A stretch of DNA of 64,000 nucleotides from Oculina patagonica (GCF_052425735.1 NC_135767.1:14322001-14386000), one strand, 5' to 3'. Positions 1 through 13,037 are shown, counted from the stretch's first letter. The notes: generated by a model not told the origin, from the sequence alone. A program made the numbers and translations.

Positions 1-3000
1 AGTTTGACGTTTGAATATCATTTAAAATCGGCAGATTTGAATGAAATGCGACGTCTACCGCATCTTCGACTTGGCTAGTAGAATATTCGACAAAAGTTCG
101 ACAGTTGCTTTATACGTCGAACTTCACATGTGCCAAATTGATGTATTTGCCTTCGACGAAAGAGATCGTATACTGATCGTTCTTTTTTTTTTCGAAATCG
201 AAATAAAATAGAAAGGAATTAAAACAATAATTAGGCGCGCAGGTCTTCTTAGAACGCAATGTCCAAAATTCAACTTTTCAGTGTATAGCCGCTTTTTACT
301 TTCGTATGCCATTAAGGACGGTGCCTACTAATAACAAAGTATTTTTTCCCGGCCAATGACTATACAAGAAATGTAGATGTTACCAAGGGCTACTAAAATT
401 CAAAAAAAATTGGGGGTAGCCACGCAAATTTTCGAGATAATTAGGTTTGAAATCTGGAAAAAAGTGCTGACGTGGCATTTTAAAATAAAGTAAACTTAAA
501 TAGAATTTCCTTGCAAATTCCATTTGAAATTGGTTTTTCATGAACAAAATCAACATTAAATATAACAACATTTACAATAACTAACAAATAATTTCTTCGG
601 AACTGCGTGATCCACGTTTTTATTAACAAAATAATTGCGTTTGAGCCATTTTTGACTCTAGCAGCTCTCACTGCACTTGCACGGCCAGAAAATCGGCCTA
701 AATTTTTTTTCACTTAATGAAAAATTAAACATGTGCTCTATAGACTTACCACTTATATTTTATAAATAAAAACTAGGGGTCACCACGCGTTTTTAAAAGT
801 TATACCAGTTGTTTTCAGGGTCTATGAAATCGCTTTTGGGGTCTGTTACATTTTTTTTATCCCCTCCCTAGCGAGTTGAATATTTGCATCTCGCGCGTGC
901 ACTACGCCATTTGTCACGGTTAGCAGTTTGCGGGTAACGTTTTAGCGCTTAGCGATTTGTTTTTAAGAGTGTGTCCATAAGAGGACCAGGCAACAGGTGA
1001 TACAGCTCATATCACCGATTTCGCCCAAACTTACCATAAATGCTGGGTATGGTGAGCTATTTACTGTGACAAAACATCAGCTTAAACTATTTTATTCCCT
1101 TCAAGTTATGGCACCTTTTGCAAAAATGGCCATTTTTCACTAATTTATGCATATTTAATTAGCTGACTTTGATTGACCAGTTCCACAAGAAAAAAAGACT
1201 TCTGAAAATAAAATTCACTGCATTATATTCTGTGGTTATTAGGCTTTAAGTACAATAATTCACTTCAACCGTCTGATTTGATTTCTTCTCTTCAAACGGT
1301 CTTTTGGAAGGTACACATTTCGTACTGTTGGAAATAGCCTTTAGCTAGTGCCCAATATCTCCCATGAGCAACAACTTATATACATTATTCTTACATGGGT
1401 AATGAAATCCATCTCTAAACTTCACAAAAATGCCACAAAATGTCTGGGGACTTCAATATTTTATTAGTATTGAGGAACTAAACACACGTAACTTAACGAT
1501 TTCTTGCTATTTCATCAAAATTCACCGAAACACAGAAGCCATTTATTTTCCTCAATTTGGCATAAAATCGGTACGAAATAGCTAATCAAGCATAAATCTA
1601 TAGATAACAATCAAAATATTGGCGAAGAAAAGGCAGTTAGGACATTTTTCGGAGCGTTTTCAGAGCCGATATAATTCGGCAATGTTGTGATAGCAAATGT
1701 AAAAATAGCAGCGAAAGATTTTCTTCAAAAGCTCGCTCAATTCAACATTTAGGCACATCAAAGTTAAGAAACAAGAAAGTAATACTACATACATGCCACT
1801 TATCGACACACAGATGCTTTCTTTTGAAGGATTTGTTCTTCCTCGCTGCACTTCGATCCTTCGATCGATCTCAATTGACATGTACTGTTGCTTTGAGGCG
1901 CGATGAACTTAGCCAATACATCGTGGTTCATTCTTCGTGAAAGGTGTAAACAGGTTGTAAATAAAGTCATTCAAAGAGCTGTTCAAAGTTCACGGAAGGA
2001 CACTTCTCTCAGCCAGTTTGAATGAAATAAATTTAACTGGAAAATAAACAGCCGCCATGTTGTATTTCTACCTTTGAGCCTGCCGTTTCAGTCAGCGGTA
2101 CGGCCGTTCACTGGGGCAAGTACGTAGTGTAGTCATCATATAGTTGTTTGACTAAATCCTATATAGGGATATTCATAGAGGGGATACATAGCCTAGCCCT
2201 ATACAGCTATACACACCTATAGATAGCTTAACACAGCTATACACAGCTATACACACGCGTGTTCATTTGCTTTTCCTCCGCAAATGTTTGTTTTCGTTGG
2301 AATAAGTAGCGGATGGCGTTATCTACCCTCTGAACAACCGGGGCTTGATCTTAGCCTTATAAGTAGTGTGCGTTTCTTGTAAAAGTGAGAATTTTTTTCA
2401 ACTTCTCCATTGAATTTTTTTGATAAATAGTTGATGAGAAATACACTGGATGCAGTGTAATGTATGCGATGCAATTGGTTTTGATGCTCTGAAATTGAGC
2501 TCTGAAATGTCGTAAACCATTAAATAATCAGAGCAAGTTTTTTCCATCTTATATCAGGTTAAAACTAGTATGTTTATTGTTTTTTTGTTGTTACTGTCTT
2601 TTTGGGAGGTGGGGGAGGGGGTGAATATGGACATTCGAAGAAATGGCGGTCAGGTTGTCAGCCTGGCCTGTGTACATCTATTCCTTCTGTTCAAATCGTC
2701 TATATTACATTACACTTTGGCAGCTAGGAGACTGAATTTGTACCCACTCTCTTTTTCGGGATCCCACAAAGTTCTCCATCTGTCCATTTACCGATAAACG
2801 TCATTACTGCAGTTTTGTTTTAGAAAAAGGCTTTTATGGGGACAAATTTTTCCTCCTGAATGTCCACATTGCAAGTGACGAATTGCGGCTTCAAATGATA
2901 ATTTTCTTCATCACCGACTCAATTTAAGTGGCTATGCGAGTTACAAAGACGCGAATGCAGACTTTTGTAAAGAGCTTAAACCCCGCATTAACACTAAACA

Positions 3001-3605
3001 AATTCATTGCAAGACTAGGACTACGCAAGACGGCAAAACTTATTAGCTAATGTTTCAACCAGCACAGGTAGTCTTCTGTCTTCTTCGAGGTCAACGCGAG
3101 GGAAACCCGTTTTATTTGTTGTTGTTTTCTCTCTCTACATTCACACCTTTATAGATATATGTATATATTTGCTGCGCCATATAGACTGCGTCGCTAAAGG
3201 CATTTCGTACGTGAATACTTTGTTCAGTTCAGCACAGACGCTCCCCCAACTAAAGCACTTGCGCAAGAAAGACCACCTGCTACGATTACAAAACCTGCCT
3301 CGCTATCCACCGGATAGTGATTTATCCCGTGGTAAACGTTATTCTCCAATTTTGCTGAGTTATTCATTTTTTCCCATTTATGCCCCGGGGGTAGGGGAAT
3401 TTGGTCAAAAAATGTAATCGTTATGCGCGGTATTAATCACTATTTCCGCCAGGGGAGGGGAATTTGAGCAAGCAATAAAAAAATAAAAATGTCTGGAAAG
3501 TAACTGGGAGACGTTGACATTTTGATTTGTTTAACTGTGTAGCGTCTTTTATGCTAAAAATAATTGTTTATGTTCCAAAATGACGCTAAATGGCGGTATA
3601 AAACT

Positions 3606-3643
3606 GCTCCGACGTTTCGGCAATACTGCCTTCTTCAGGGTGC
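3606..3643 (-). ncRNA. Minimal hammerhead ribozyme motif (Penelope type)
   Basis: Minus strand reads GCACC-CUGAAGA-A-GGC(AGUAUU)GCC-GAAAC-GUC-GGAGC: CUGANGA and GAAA core boxes, stem II, a very short stem III and a GUC cleavage triplet. Confidence 0.55.
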
Positions 3644-3685
3644 CACCCCAAAAAAGGCAGTATTGCCGAGACGTCGGAGCAGTTT

Positions 3686-4435
3686 CAGGGGCGGATCCAG
3701 GGGGGGTGGATTGGGTGGCTAGCCACCCCCCTTGATCCACCAAAAAAATTAAAATAAAGAATAAGGACAATGTTTTCCAAAATAGGAGATTTTCGACAGC
3801 CTGTTTTACGAACTTCTGGCTTAATGTAACAAAACATGTGTGTAAAAAAAATAGATTCCTTTTAGCTTTCAAGAGTTGTTTTAGCCTTGCTGGTCAGGAA
3901 TGATTTTCTTCTCCATTTACTCCTTTTTGAGTTTTCTTACTTTGCCAAGGGCTAAAAATTTCCACGCACGTGAAAGGCATATCTGTTCTTTCCTGTTCGT
4001 TTCCTGTCAACTTTAAATTTCAATCACTGTTCATTTCATAAGAACAAGACTTTTTCTCCGAAATATAACTCAAGGTATATAAGTTGAGGAAAGAATATTT
4101 TGCCAAATTATCAAGGAAAAACAGTGGTTTAATAACTTAATTGACAGCTGTATAACGCTGCTCAGAATTACCGAAATCACGTCTAAGAGGCTTCAACTTT
4201 TCAAACTTTTCTGAGGGGGCATGCCCCCAGACCGCCCTAGGGGGATGGAGCCTATGGTTATGAAATATGGGCCTGAGACCTAAAATAATTTGCACTCCCA
4301 CTTTCAAAAAACTGCCTAAAAGCCTGAACCCCCCCCCCCCCCCCAAAAAAAAAAAAAACGGGGCTTAAACAATATAGTAAACAAGAATATTGGAAAACAG
4401 CCACCCCCCTTTGAAAAATCCTGGATCCGCCCCTG
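3686..4435. mobile_element. MITE with CAGGGGCGGATCCAG TIRs and 5-bp TSD
   Basis: Perfect 15-bp TIR; AGTTT duplicated at 3681-3685 and 4436-4440. The intact mirror arm of the host palindrome confirms a single original copy. Confidence 0.88.
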
Positions 4436-6742
4436 AGTTTTATACCGCCATTTAGCGTCATTTTGGAACATTAACAATTATTTTGATTTGGTTGCCGTGC
4501 ATGCCGACCGTTGAACATAAAAATCAAGAACTCTGTTTCGGTGAAAGTCAAATGGAACAGCATTTTTTCTGGAAAATCTCTTCGGAAATTGACGGAACGT
4601 CAGAAATTTTCTTACCATTTGTAAGGTTTCCCAGTTCTAGTCTCCCATCCTTCGGAAAGAAATAACAGGAAACTGAGCTACAAATGGTAAGCGACATCTA
4701 TTTCGGTTAGTTTGCTAATTTTGGAAAGAAGCCTTTCAATTCCAACCGGTTCTCTCCAACAAATGGTAAGCACCCTAGAGTTTGTTCAGCATCACATTGC
4801 GGTAAACACGTCAAGCTGTAGCGGAGGAAATAGTTTTCCCTGCGACAATTTGAAAATATTCTCATTTTCATCACAAACGCATCCAACGAACACTCGCAGA
4901 GGAAAAGCAAATGATCGCGCGTGTGGTCACGCGTGATGGACGCGTGATGCCCAGTGAACGACCGTACCGCTGACTGAAACCGCAGGCTCAAAGGTAGAAA
5001 TTCAACATGGCGGCTGTTTATTTTCCAGTTAAATTTATTTCATGCAAACTGGCTGAGAAAAGTGTCCTTCCGTGAACTTTGAACAGCTCTTTGAATGACT
5101 TTATTGACAACCTGTTTACACCTTTCACGAAGAATGAACCACGATGTATTGGCTAAGTTCATCGCGCCTCAAAGCAACAGTACATGTCAATTGAGATCGA
5201 TCGAAGGATCGAAGTGCAGCGAGGAAGAACAAATTCTTCAAAAGAAAGCATCTGTGTGTCGGTAAGTGGCATATATATGTAGTATTACTTTCTTGTTTCT
5301 TAACTTTGATGTGCCTAAATGTTGAATTGAGCGAGCTTTTGAAGAAAATCTTTCGCTGCTATTTTTACATTTGCTATCACAACATTGCTGAATTAAGTTT
5401 ATATCGGCTCTGAAAACGCTCCGAAAAATGCCCTAACTGCCTTTTCTTCGCCAATATTTTGATTGTCATCTATAGATTTATGCTTGATTAGCTATTTCGT
5501 ACCGATTTTATGCCAAATTAAGGCAAATAAATGGCTTCTGTGTTTCGGTGAATTTTGATGAAATAGCAAGAAATCGTTAAGTTACGTGTGTTTAGTTCCT
5601 CAATACTAATAAAATATTGAAGTCCCCAGACATTTTGTGGCATTTTTGTGAAGTTTAGAGATGGATTTCATTACCCATGTAAGAATAATGTATATAAGTT
5701 GTTGCTCATGGGAGATATTGGGCACTAGCTAAAGGCTATTTCCAACAGTACGAAATGTGTACCTTCCAAAAGACCGTTTGAAGAGAAGAAATCAAATCAG
5801 ACGGTTGAAGTGAATTATTGTACTTAAAGCCTAATAACCACAGAATATAATGCAGTGAATTTTATTTTCAGAAGTCTTTTTTTCTTGTGGAACTGGTCAA
5901 TCAAAGTCAGCTAATTAAGAGAATGTCTCCTTTAGATCCACAAACTTAATTTGGCTCAGTAAATAGAATTCGCTCAAAATCCCTCCAGTAATTTCTTATT
6001 ATAAGTAAGTAACAAATATGGAATTAGACTGGAGAAAAATTGTTTTCTTTATGAAATCTGGATGAAAACCTTTTACACCTTCTGGTGGCCTCGATGGCCA
6101 TTGGCCGGATCGTGAAATTTGGTAAAGTCCAACCATTCGCTCTAATACAAATATTGCGGCTACATCGCTTAAATACCGATATTTGTAAACAACAAGCCTT
6201 GGCCTTTTAAACTGGATGAACCGCATTGAAAAACTTTGATTATCAAGAAAGAGACGAGGATCTAAAGTTTGGCTATTTTGGATGTTAAAGGCCAGCTCAA
6301 ATTTTCCTTAGCTTTATGTAGTAAAATATCAAAAGTGGCTCGTACTCACAAGTTAAACTGCATATCAGCGGCAAGCTCCATCCTTCCGCTCTGAGAATAT
6401 GTAAAAATATTTGGCCGTTCTCTACTCCTTCGGTTGTTGACAAGGGGCGAAACAAGTGCTACTCGGCGGATTTCGCCATGTTGTCATCATAACAATTCGA
6501 ACCAACTTCAGTACCAAAAAGAGGAGAATTTTGTTTGATCACTAGTACATTTATCTCGCAGCGAAGGAAGAAATCACCTTGCAATCCGCTTTTATCTGAA
6601 CGGAAATTATCACGTCAAGATAGTCCATTTTACAGCAACTTTTACAGCAACATATCGATCTTCTACTGTCAGCCATCTTGGTTTTAAAACATCCGCTGAC
6701 CAGTTTAGTCGGTCAGTATAAAACACCACGGACTTTGCCACA

Positions 6743-6812
6743 GACTGCGGACTGCGGACTGCGGACTGCGGACTGCGGACTGCGGACTGCGGACTGCGGA
6801 CTGCGGACTACG
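6743..6812 (+). repeat. (GACTGCG)n heptamer tandem array at the inner end of the TIR
   Basis: About nine GCGGACT units; the opposite arm has (GTCCGTA)n at ~10945-10970. Confidence 0.9.
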
Positions 6813-7048
6813 GGCTGGGTATAAACACAAATGCGGACTCAAACTGCGGACTGGGTATAGAATACGGACTACGGTATAAAATGCGGACTGAGCATATAAA
6901 ATACGTTTAAATGCAAACCACGACTAGAAACAACGACTTTTTTTTATCGACGGTTGTTGAAGGCGGCACGAAGAAAAGCACACAAACTGCTCGTCAAGAT
7001 TCACAGCGAAATCAAAATTTATTTTTTCTTTCACGATAAATACAATTC

Positions 7049-7670
7049 CAGTGCCGTAGCAAGGGGAGGGGCCGGGGGGGGGGGGTCGTGCCCCCCAGTT
7101 TTTTTCCCAAAAAGTAAAAACAGACCCGTATGAAATGTTGAAAATAAAATTTTATCTCCCAAAAGGTTTGAAACAATAACATTTGTACTTCTTTTCATTT
7201 TTTAACGTACGTAGGGTGAGGCACAACAATATTAAATAGCTAAAAAATAAACTAAACGAACTAAACTTTGGGAAGTTTTCAAAAAACGACCTGCCGATGA
7301 AGTCTACGTTTGTCTCTAAGGCAACTCAGACAGTTTGATAACTACGAACTCACTATGATGACTCTGAAAAGTGAAACATTTGCTGGTTTCAAGATACAGA
7401 GACAGTCGGTTTTCTATTTTGTAATTGACGTTGCAAGTGTTATACTCTCTTCAATGTGCATTGGTTTGCTGAGACAGTGTAGGAAGAAAATAATTTTGCG
7501 ATTTGCGTAAATCACAAATAGCTCTTGGAGAACGCTGGAAATAGCATTTCCAAGCCTCTAGATTTCAAAATTTTCTGGGGGGGGGGGGTGCATTCCCCCA
7601 CACCCCCTAGCGGCTCGCGTCTCCGGCGCTCGCGTGCCCCCCCAGTTATTTTACCCTTGCTACGGCACTG
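7049..7670. mobile_element. MITE with CAGTGCCGTAGCAAGGG TIRs
   Basis: Perfect 17-bp TIR; flanks AATTC / CATTC (probable 5-bp TSD with 1 mismatch). Confidence 0.85.
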
Positions 7671-8074
7671 CATTCTCTCAAAAATGCTCTGCTCGGTATC
7701 TGTGAAAGAAGAGGCTTACCTTCATTAACGCTCTCATCGTTCTTGAAATTTGACTGGTTCGCCTTCAAAACATTCGTCCGTTCCACTGGATGTTTTATGA
7801 GAAATATACGGTGAGATTCCGAGAATTTACTTGCGAGCTTTCCGCCGCCATATTGGATTTGCGACATATACAAGTGCTTGGTTTTCAAAAGAAGACGCAA
7901 TGCTCAATCTGCACTCTTTCAACTTGAATTTTTTCTCTGCGTCTAGACAAATAACTACTTCGGATATCTATAGCGTCAATACGTGAGATAACTAAAAAAA
8001 ATAATAAATAAAAGAGAAGAAACATTGAGGGAAATCACCAACGTGAAAAGCTACCTTTTACTGTCGAAAACGTA

Positions 8075-9920
8075 TAGTCAGGTCGCTTAGCACAAATGTT
8101 TGGAGAAATCGTTACATGGTTGATAAAAGCACCAAACTTTGCAGAATGATTCTTTAATGACTATTCAATAATTTTATCCGTGGCTCCACCTGAATTTTAG
8201 TCTTGCAATTTGCAAAATTTGCTAAACGTTTTTTACCACGAACAAACTCTCAAGCACCGCTACCAAGCCATTTTGAATTGATGCAATGACAGTTGGACAG
8301 AAGCAAATATTCGTCTACTCCGTAAGTAATTTGCAGTTCTATGCTTAAATGTTGTAAAAATATATATAAATTGAAGACATTGTTGAAGGTTTCGCTAAAA
8401 TTTCAATTTTTAGATGCAGTAATCTAAAATGTTTATTATGGTAATTATGCGCTTGTAGTTTGTGGCCGCCCAGGGAAGCGGAACATGCTTAAAGAAGCCT
8501 TGAAGAAACGAGATTACACAGAGGTCGCATAAGGTTTTGGTCAAGCTACGGCAGCTTCAATAATAAGAAAATACATTTTCAGCAACGAGGCATATAAATT
8601 TATGGATCGTTTCCAGAGAATAGTCAAAAAGCGTCGTTACCATCTAGCCTCAAAACCTTAATGTTCTTAATTTTCAATGGAGACGGTTTGAAAAAGAAAG
8701 ATAAGCACGAGTCCAAAGCATGCCTTACCGTTGATCAGCCTATTGTCTACAACACATAGAAAAAAATCAAAGGAATCCGATACAGAAACAAGGCACTTTA
8801 GGGAGCGTGAACCGCCTCTGCCTGTCTACATTGACCTGAACATGCATAGATTGACGAGATGCAAGCGGATCATCCAGCATTTACACCAGCTGGAAATTTC
8901 TATTTCCTATGTCAGGGTCAAACAACTTGAAGAGTGCGAGCACTCTGACGAGGATGGAGTTGTATCCCTTGCCTGCGAAAGGTCTGTTCACTGTTGGTGC
9001 CTTAGACAGCCTTCAAAAAGCGGCTCTTTTCTTGTTACCGGCATCAGTCTCCTCCAGTTTCCAACTGAGAACCAACCAGGTATAAGTACACAACCAGTTA
9101 CGATTTCTCCATCTGTACCTAGAAAGCTCTCTGCCTTGTTCCACGCTTTGTCTGGTTGTAACATCACATCCAGATTTAGGGGAAAGGGCAGACTTGACAG
9201 GCATTTAAAGAGGAAACAGAAACACTTCCCTCTTTAGCCTCCCATGCGATTGAGTCCTTTGATGCCGACTGTGAGCACTTCCGAAAAACTGAACGGCTGG
9301 TTATTATCGTTTATGACAAAGAGAGTTCGTCCTTGTTCCTTAACCAAACTAAGCTTGAACTTTTCTGTCTTAAGAACGTTCATTGAGAAGATGCCACCGA
9401 CGGACAATGCTTTGCTTTAACTCACAATAGACGGGCGTTCAACCTAGGACACTTGTACTGATACTGAGCAAAATATCCCTTTACCTTATAAACACCTTAT
9501 CGAGTTTCACTCTCTTTATATTTTTCATGTTTTTCTGTTAATTTTTGGATCAAGGGGGTGGCTAGCCACCCAATCTAACGCCACTAGATCCACCCATGTC
9601 TAGGATATTATAATTAATTTTTTCAAGCCTTAAACCGCCGCATTTTTTCTTTTGTCAGTAAAAAAGGACTGCGTGGGATGCTAGTTTTAGGGAACCTGGA
9701 AATCGCGTGACTTTTTCTTCAATTTGCCTTATGGGTAATACATATTTGATAAAGGCCTGCACAAAATAGCGACGGACAGCCCCTGAAAAATCTAGTTGAC
9801 CGCTTACGAAAGAGAACATTGCAGAACAACTTTTATCAATTTATGCAAATGAGCTCAAAACGTTTAGTTTTAAATTTCAAGGAAAATAAAAAAAAATCGG
9901 GTGGAGCCACGGATAAACTT
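8075..9920 (+). mobile_element. Degenerate Academ-type (XPG-domain) DNA transposon remnant
   Basis: TAG start; subterminal TTTATCCGTGGCTCCACC is inverted at ~9900-9917. Broken coding fragments RHFREREPPLPVYI..ISISY.RV, LFHALSGCNITSRFRGKG and EKMPPTDNALL* resemble Academ transposase/XPG segments (recognised from memory). Confidence 0.6.
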
Positions 9921-9954
9921 GAAACAAGAATCGAAAAGAGGCTGCATGCAATAC

Positions 9955-10128
9955 TCTCACAGTGCCTCTCTTCACCCAGGTGTATAAATGGGTACCGGCG
10001 AATTTACTGCTGGGGGGTAACCCTGCGGTGGACTAGTATCCCATCCAGGGGGAGTAGCAACACTCCTAGTCGCTTAATGCTACGGAAACCGGGATAAGCT
10101 CCGGCTGTATGGGCCACTTGGCTCGGAC
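9955..10128 (+). mobile_element. SINE fragment (Deu/Nin-domain-like, common in anthozoans)
   Basis: CACAGTGCCTCTCTTCACCCAGGTGTATAAATGGGTACCGGCGAA...CGGGATAAGCTCCGGC body; 5' tRNA head missing. Confidence 0.6.
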
Positions 10129-12954
10129 ACAGACTGAAAACGGCAGCTCGATTTTGCGATTCAAAACTCCGGTTCCAAACTCGAATGTTGAGAGGATTAT
10201 CGTCTGGCTTCACGTGGCAGACACGTACGAATTTTGCCGAATTTTGCTTGTTTTCGCTACACTAACACACGGTTTGTTTTAACGTTTCGCCATTCGCTTA
10301 TTCAACACCCCTCGGACTTCTGTAATACCAAAAAAGAGGTACGAAATTTCAAGTACTGAAGAAGTTAAAAAATTCTACTGGCAACCCGGTTTTCATTGTC
10401 ATGCAAATTAGGGTTGTTTGTCAAACTCCCACGTGCCTGCCGCTTGAGGCTGGCCAGATATGCAGTTGAATAACGATAACTAACTAAGGAGATCGAAAAA
10501 CGTTTGAGATATCGGGAGTTCGAGTTAGCAAGGGTACTAAATTATTAGGGGAAAAACACCTGGAGGATCGGAGAAAGTTCGAGTTTAGCAGGAGGTTCGA
10601 GTTATCTGTAAGGAAATCGACAACATTATATTAAGTTTTGAGTCGAGTCTCCACTGCAACTCCGATCCAAGAATCAAAGACTAAAGCGAATGAAACAAAC
10701 ACAAATTTTAAGTTCCTCACAATTGGAGGGATTTTAATGTGTTTTGACAGTACTTTGCTGTAATCTACGAGCAGGCTTTCTGTAGGAAAAAGGCTAACTT
10801 TATCGAGCTAGGCGAGAAGGTGAGACAACTTTGATGCTCAGTTTATTCAGCCTTGCTTCTAGTTATTTTTAACATCAGGTCACGTTTGGTAGCATTTTGC
10901 ATGCTTAGTCTGCATTTTATACCGTAGTCCGTGTTTTATACCCAGTCCGTAGTCCGTAGTCCGTAGTCCGTGTTTTATACTGACCGACTAAACTGGTCAG
11001 CGGATGTTAAAACCAAGATGGCTGACAGTAGAAGATCGATATGTTGCTGTAAAAGTTGCTGTAAAATGGACTATCTCGACGTGATAATTTCCGTTCAGAT
11101 AAAAGCGGATTGCAAGGTAATTTCTTCGTTCACTGCGAGATAAATGTACTAGTGATTTAACAAAATTCTCGTCTTTTTGGTACTGAAGTTGGTTCGAATT
11201 GTTAAGATGACAACATGACGAAATCCGCCGAGTAGCAATTGTTTCGCCCCTTGTCAACAACCGAAGGAGTAGAGAACGGCCAAATATTTTTACATATTCT
11301 CAGAGCGGAAGGATGGAGCTTGCCGCTGATATGCAGTTTAACTTGTGAGTACGAGCCACTTTTGATATTTTACTACATAAAGCTAAGGGAAATTTGAGCT
11401 GGCCTTTAACATCCAAAATAGCCAAACTTTAGATCCTCGTCTCTTCCTTGATAAGCAAAGTTGTTCAATGCGGTTCATCCAGTTTAAAAGGCCAAGGCTT
11501 GATGTTCACAAGTATGGGTATTTAAGCGATGTAGCTGCAATATTTGTATTAGAGCGAATGGTTGGACTTTACCAAATTTCACGATCCGGCCAATGGCCAT
11601 CGAGGCCACCAGAAGGTGTAAAAGGTTTTCATCCAGATTTCATAAAGAAAACAATTTTTCTCCAGTCTAATTCCATATTTGTTACTTACTTATAATAAGA
11701 AATTACTGGAGGGATTTTGAGCGAATTCTATTTACTGAGCCAAATTAAGTTTGTGGATCTAAAGGAGACATTCTCTTAAATATGCATAAATTAGTGAAAA
11801 ATGGCCATTTTTGCAAAAGGTGCCATAACTTGAAGGGAATAAAATAGTTTAAGCTGATGTTTTGTCACAGTAAATAGCTCACCATACCCAGCATTTATGG
11901 TAAGTTTGGGCGAAATCGGTGATATGAGCTGTATCACCTGTTACCTGGTTCTGCCCTGTTCTCTCACGGGCACACTCTTAACTGTTAATGTGAGCCATAT
12001 TCAGTGGTTAGCGGTCAATGGTTACTGATATGTTGCTTTTCGGCGGTTCCAGGCTTAGGATATGTCCATAAACTGGATTTCGTCGCAGAGAAAACTTTCT
12101 TGATTTTTAGTCGCGCGCTTGGTCGCGTAGTTGAATTCGTCATTTTGAGCGAGCAAATTAATTAAAAGCGCGCGCGCCCAGTGTGATCGATGCGTTGCGT
12201 GATGCGCAGAACAAGTGCGCAGTAGCAATAGGAGACACCGTCCTTTTTAAAGAGCGGCATTCTGAATGAACAGTTGCGCAAACTCAAATAGAAATTATCT
12301 GAAAAAGAGCCTGCCGCTGATAAAAACTCACGGCGTGGGACAACAGTAAACTTTGCGTTTGCGGGCCCGGCGATACACAAACGCCTGTTAAGTTTATGCG
12401 CAGTGTAGTTTTGAGGACAACATTTCAGCTTGATTTTAGCGGCTCTATCCTTTGTATTTCTCTAAAATAAAATATCCACCGCGCTCGCTCGCAGACTGAG
12501 AATTAACGCATACGGTTATCTGGGTTATCAGCCAGTTTTCTATACAAGAAGTTTTTTTTACAAAAGAGCTTGGGTATGTTCTGTAACTCGCAATAAGGAT
12601 CATATTTAATTTCTCCGTACTATACTTGATACCTTATCGAGAAGACGAGAGATGAGAATTAAATAAATCGTCAACAACCACGCGACATAAATTCTTAAAA
12701 GTGCCACAAGGTAAATATAAGCTATTCAGCAAAACAACAGTTCAAACAAGCCAAAAGGCCGATAATTGATCGCAAGAGCATTGTGAAAGGAGCGGTTACC
12801 GCTTAGTTATGTAGCCGCTATTGAGCGGTGAAAAAATTTGTTAATTGCTGAAGTTCTTTAGTTATCGGCCGATAGTTAGTTTCTTTAGTTATCGGCCGAA
12901 AAACCATTGTTTTTGTCGGAGCGCTTTGTTGTTTGTTGATTGACGGCTGTCAAT

Positions 12955-12996
12955 GTATAAATAAGGTTTGGGGTTGTATGGATTCTTCATTCAGTT
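12955..12996 (+). promoter_or_regulatory. TATA box + initiator of homeobox copy 1 (equivalents at ~17180, ~21677, ~29995, ~40315)
   Basis: GTATAAATA followed ~30 nt later by TTCATTCAGTTT, then ATG ~40-45 nt further; conserved in all five copies. Confidence 0.75.
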
Positions 12997-13037
12997 TGTG
13001 CAGCAGTTACTGTAACAAGTTTATCAGCTCAGTTGTA

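Larger units (their letters stand above)
3555..4487. repeat. Foldback (inverted) Penelope-like pseudo-LTR fragment, interrupted by a MITE
   Basis: TGTTCCAAAATGACGCTAAATGGCGGTATAAAACTGCTCCGACG... is mirrored at 3655-3685 plus 4441-4487; contains a hammerhead core. Confidence 0.65.
5919..11775. mobile_element. Third TTAA-flanked element with ~0.9-1 kb TIRs, inserted into the right TIR of the 967-11977 element
   Basis: TTAA-GAGAATGTCTCC (5915-) and GGAGACATTCTC-TTAA (-11779). Arms 5919-~6900 and ~10895-11775 are near-identical inverted copies (mirror ORFs 5999-6226 and 11468-11695). The host's intact left arm shows a single TTAA at the equivalent position (~1157-1160). Confidence 0.9.
967..11977. 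mobile_element. TTAA-flanked DNA transposon with ~1.15-kb TIRs (Kolobok-like GAG...CTC termini), non-autonomous
   Basis: TTAA-GAGTGTG at 963-973 and CACACTC-TTAA at 11971-11981. Left arm 967-~2118 is the reverse complement of ~4948-5918 plus 11780-11977; the right arm is split by the next element. Confidence 0.88.
316..12243. mobile_element. Outer non-autonomous TTAA-target DNA transposon (Kolobok-like), ~0.9 kb without its nested insertions
   Basis: TTAA (312-315) then GGACGGTGCCTACTA; degenerate inverted end ...GACACCGTCC at 12243 with TTAA at 12247-12250. The two flanks join to match the uninterrupted paralogous sequence at ~20820-21000. Confidence 0.8.

Noticed and set aside
5999-11695. 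Paired 75-aa ORFs (5999-6226, 11468-11695) as genes
   Set aside because: They are mirror images within TIRs, with no recognisable domain.
12933-13037. Upstream starts in the ORF track for homeobox exon 1
   Set aside because: They overlap the TATA/Inr; the ATG conserved in all copies is downstream.
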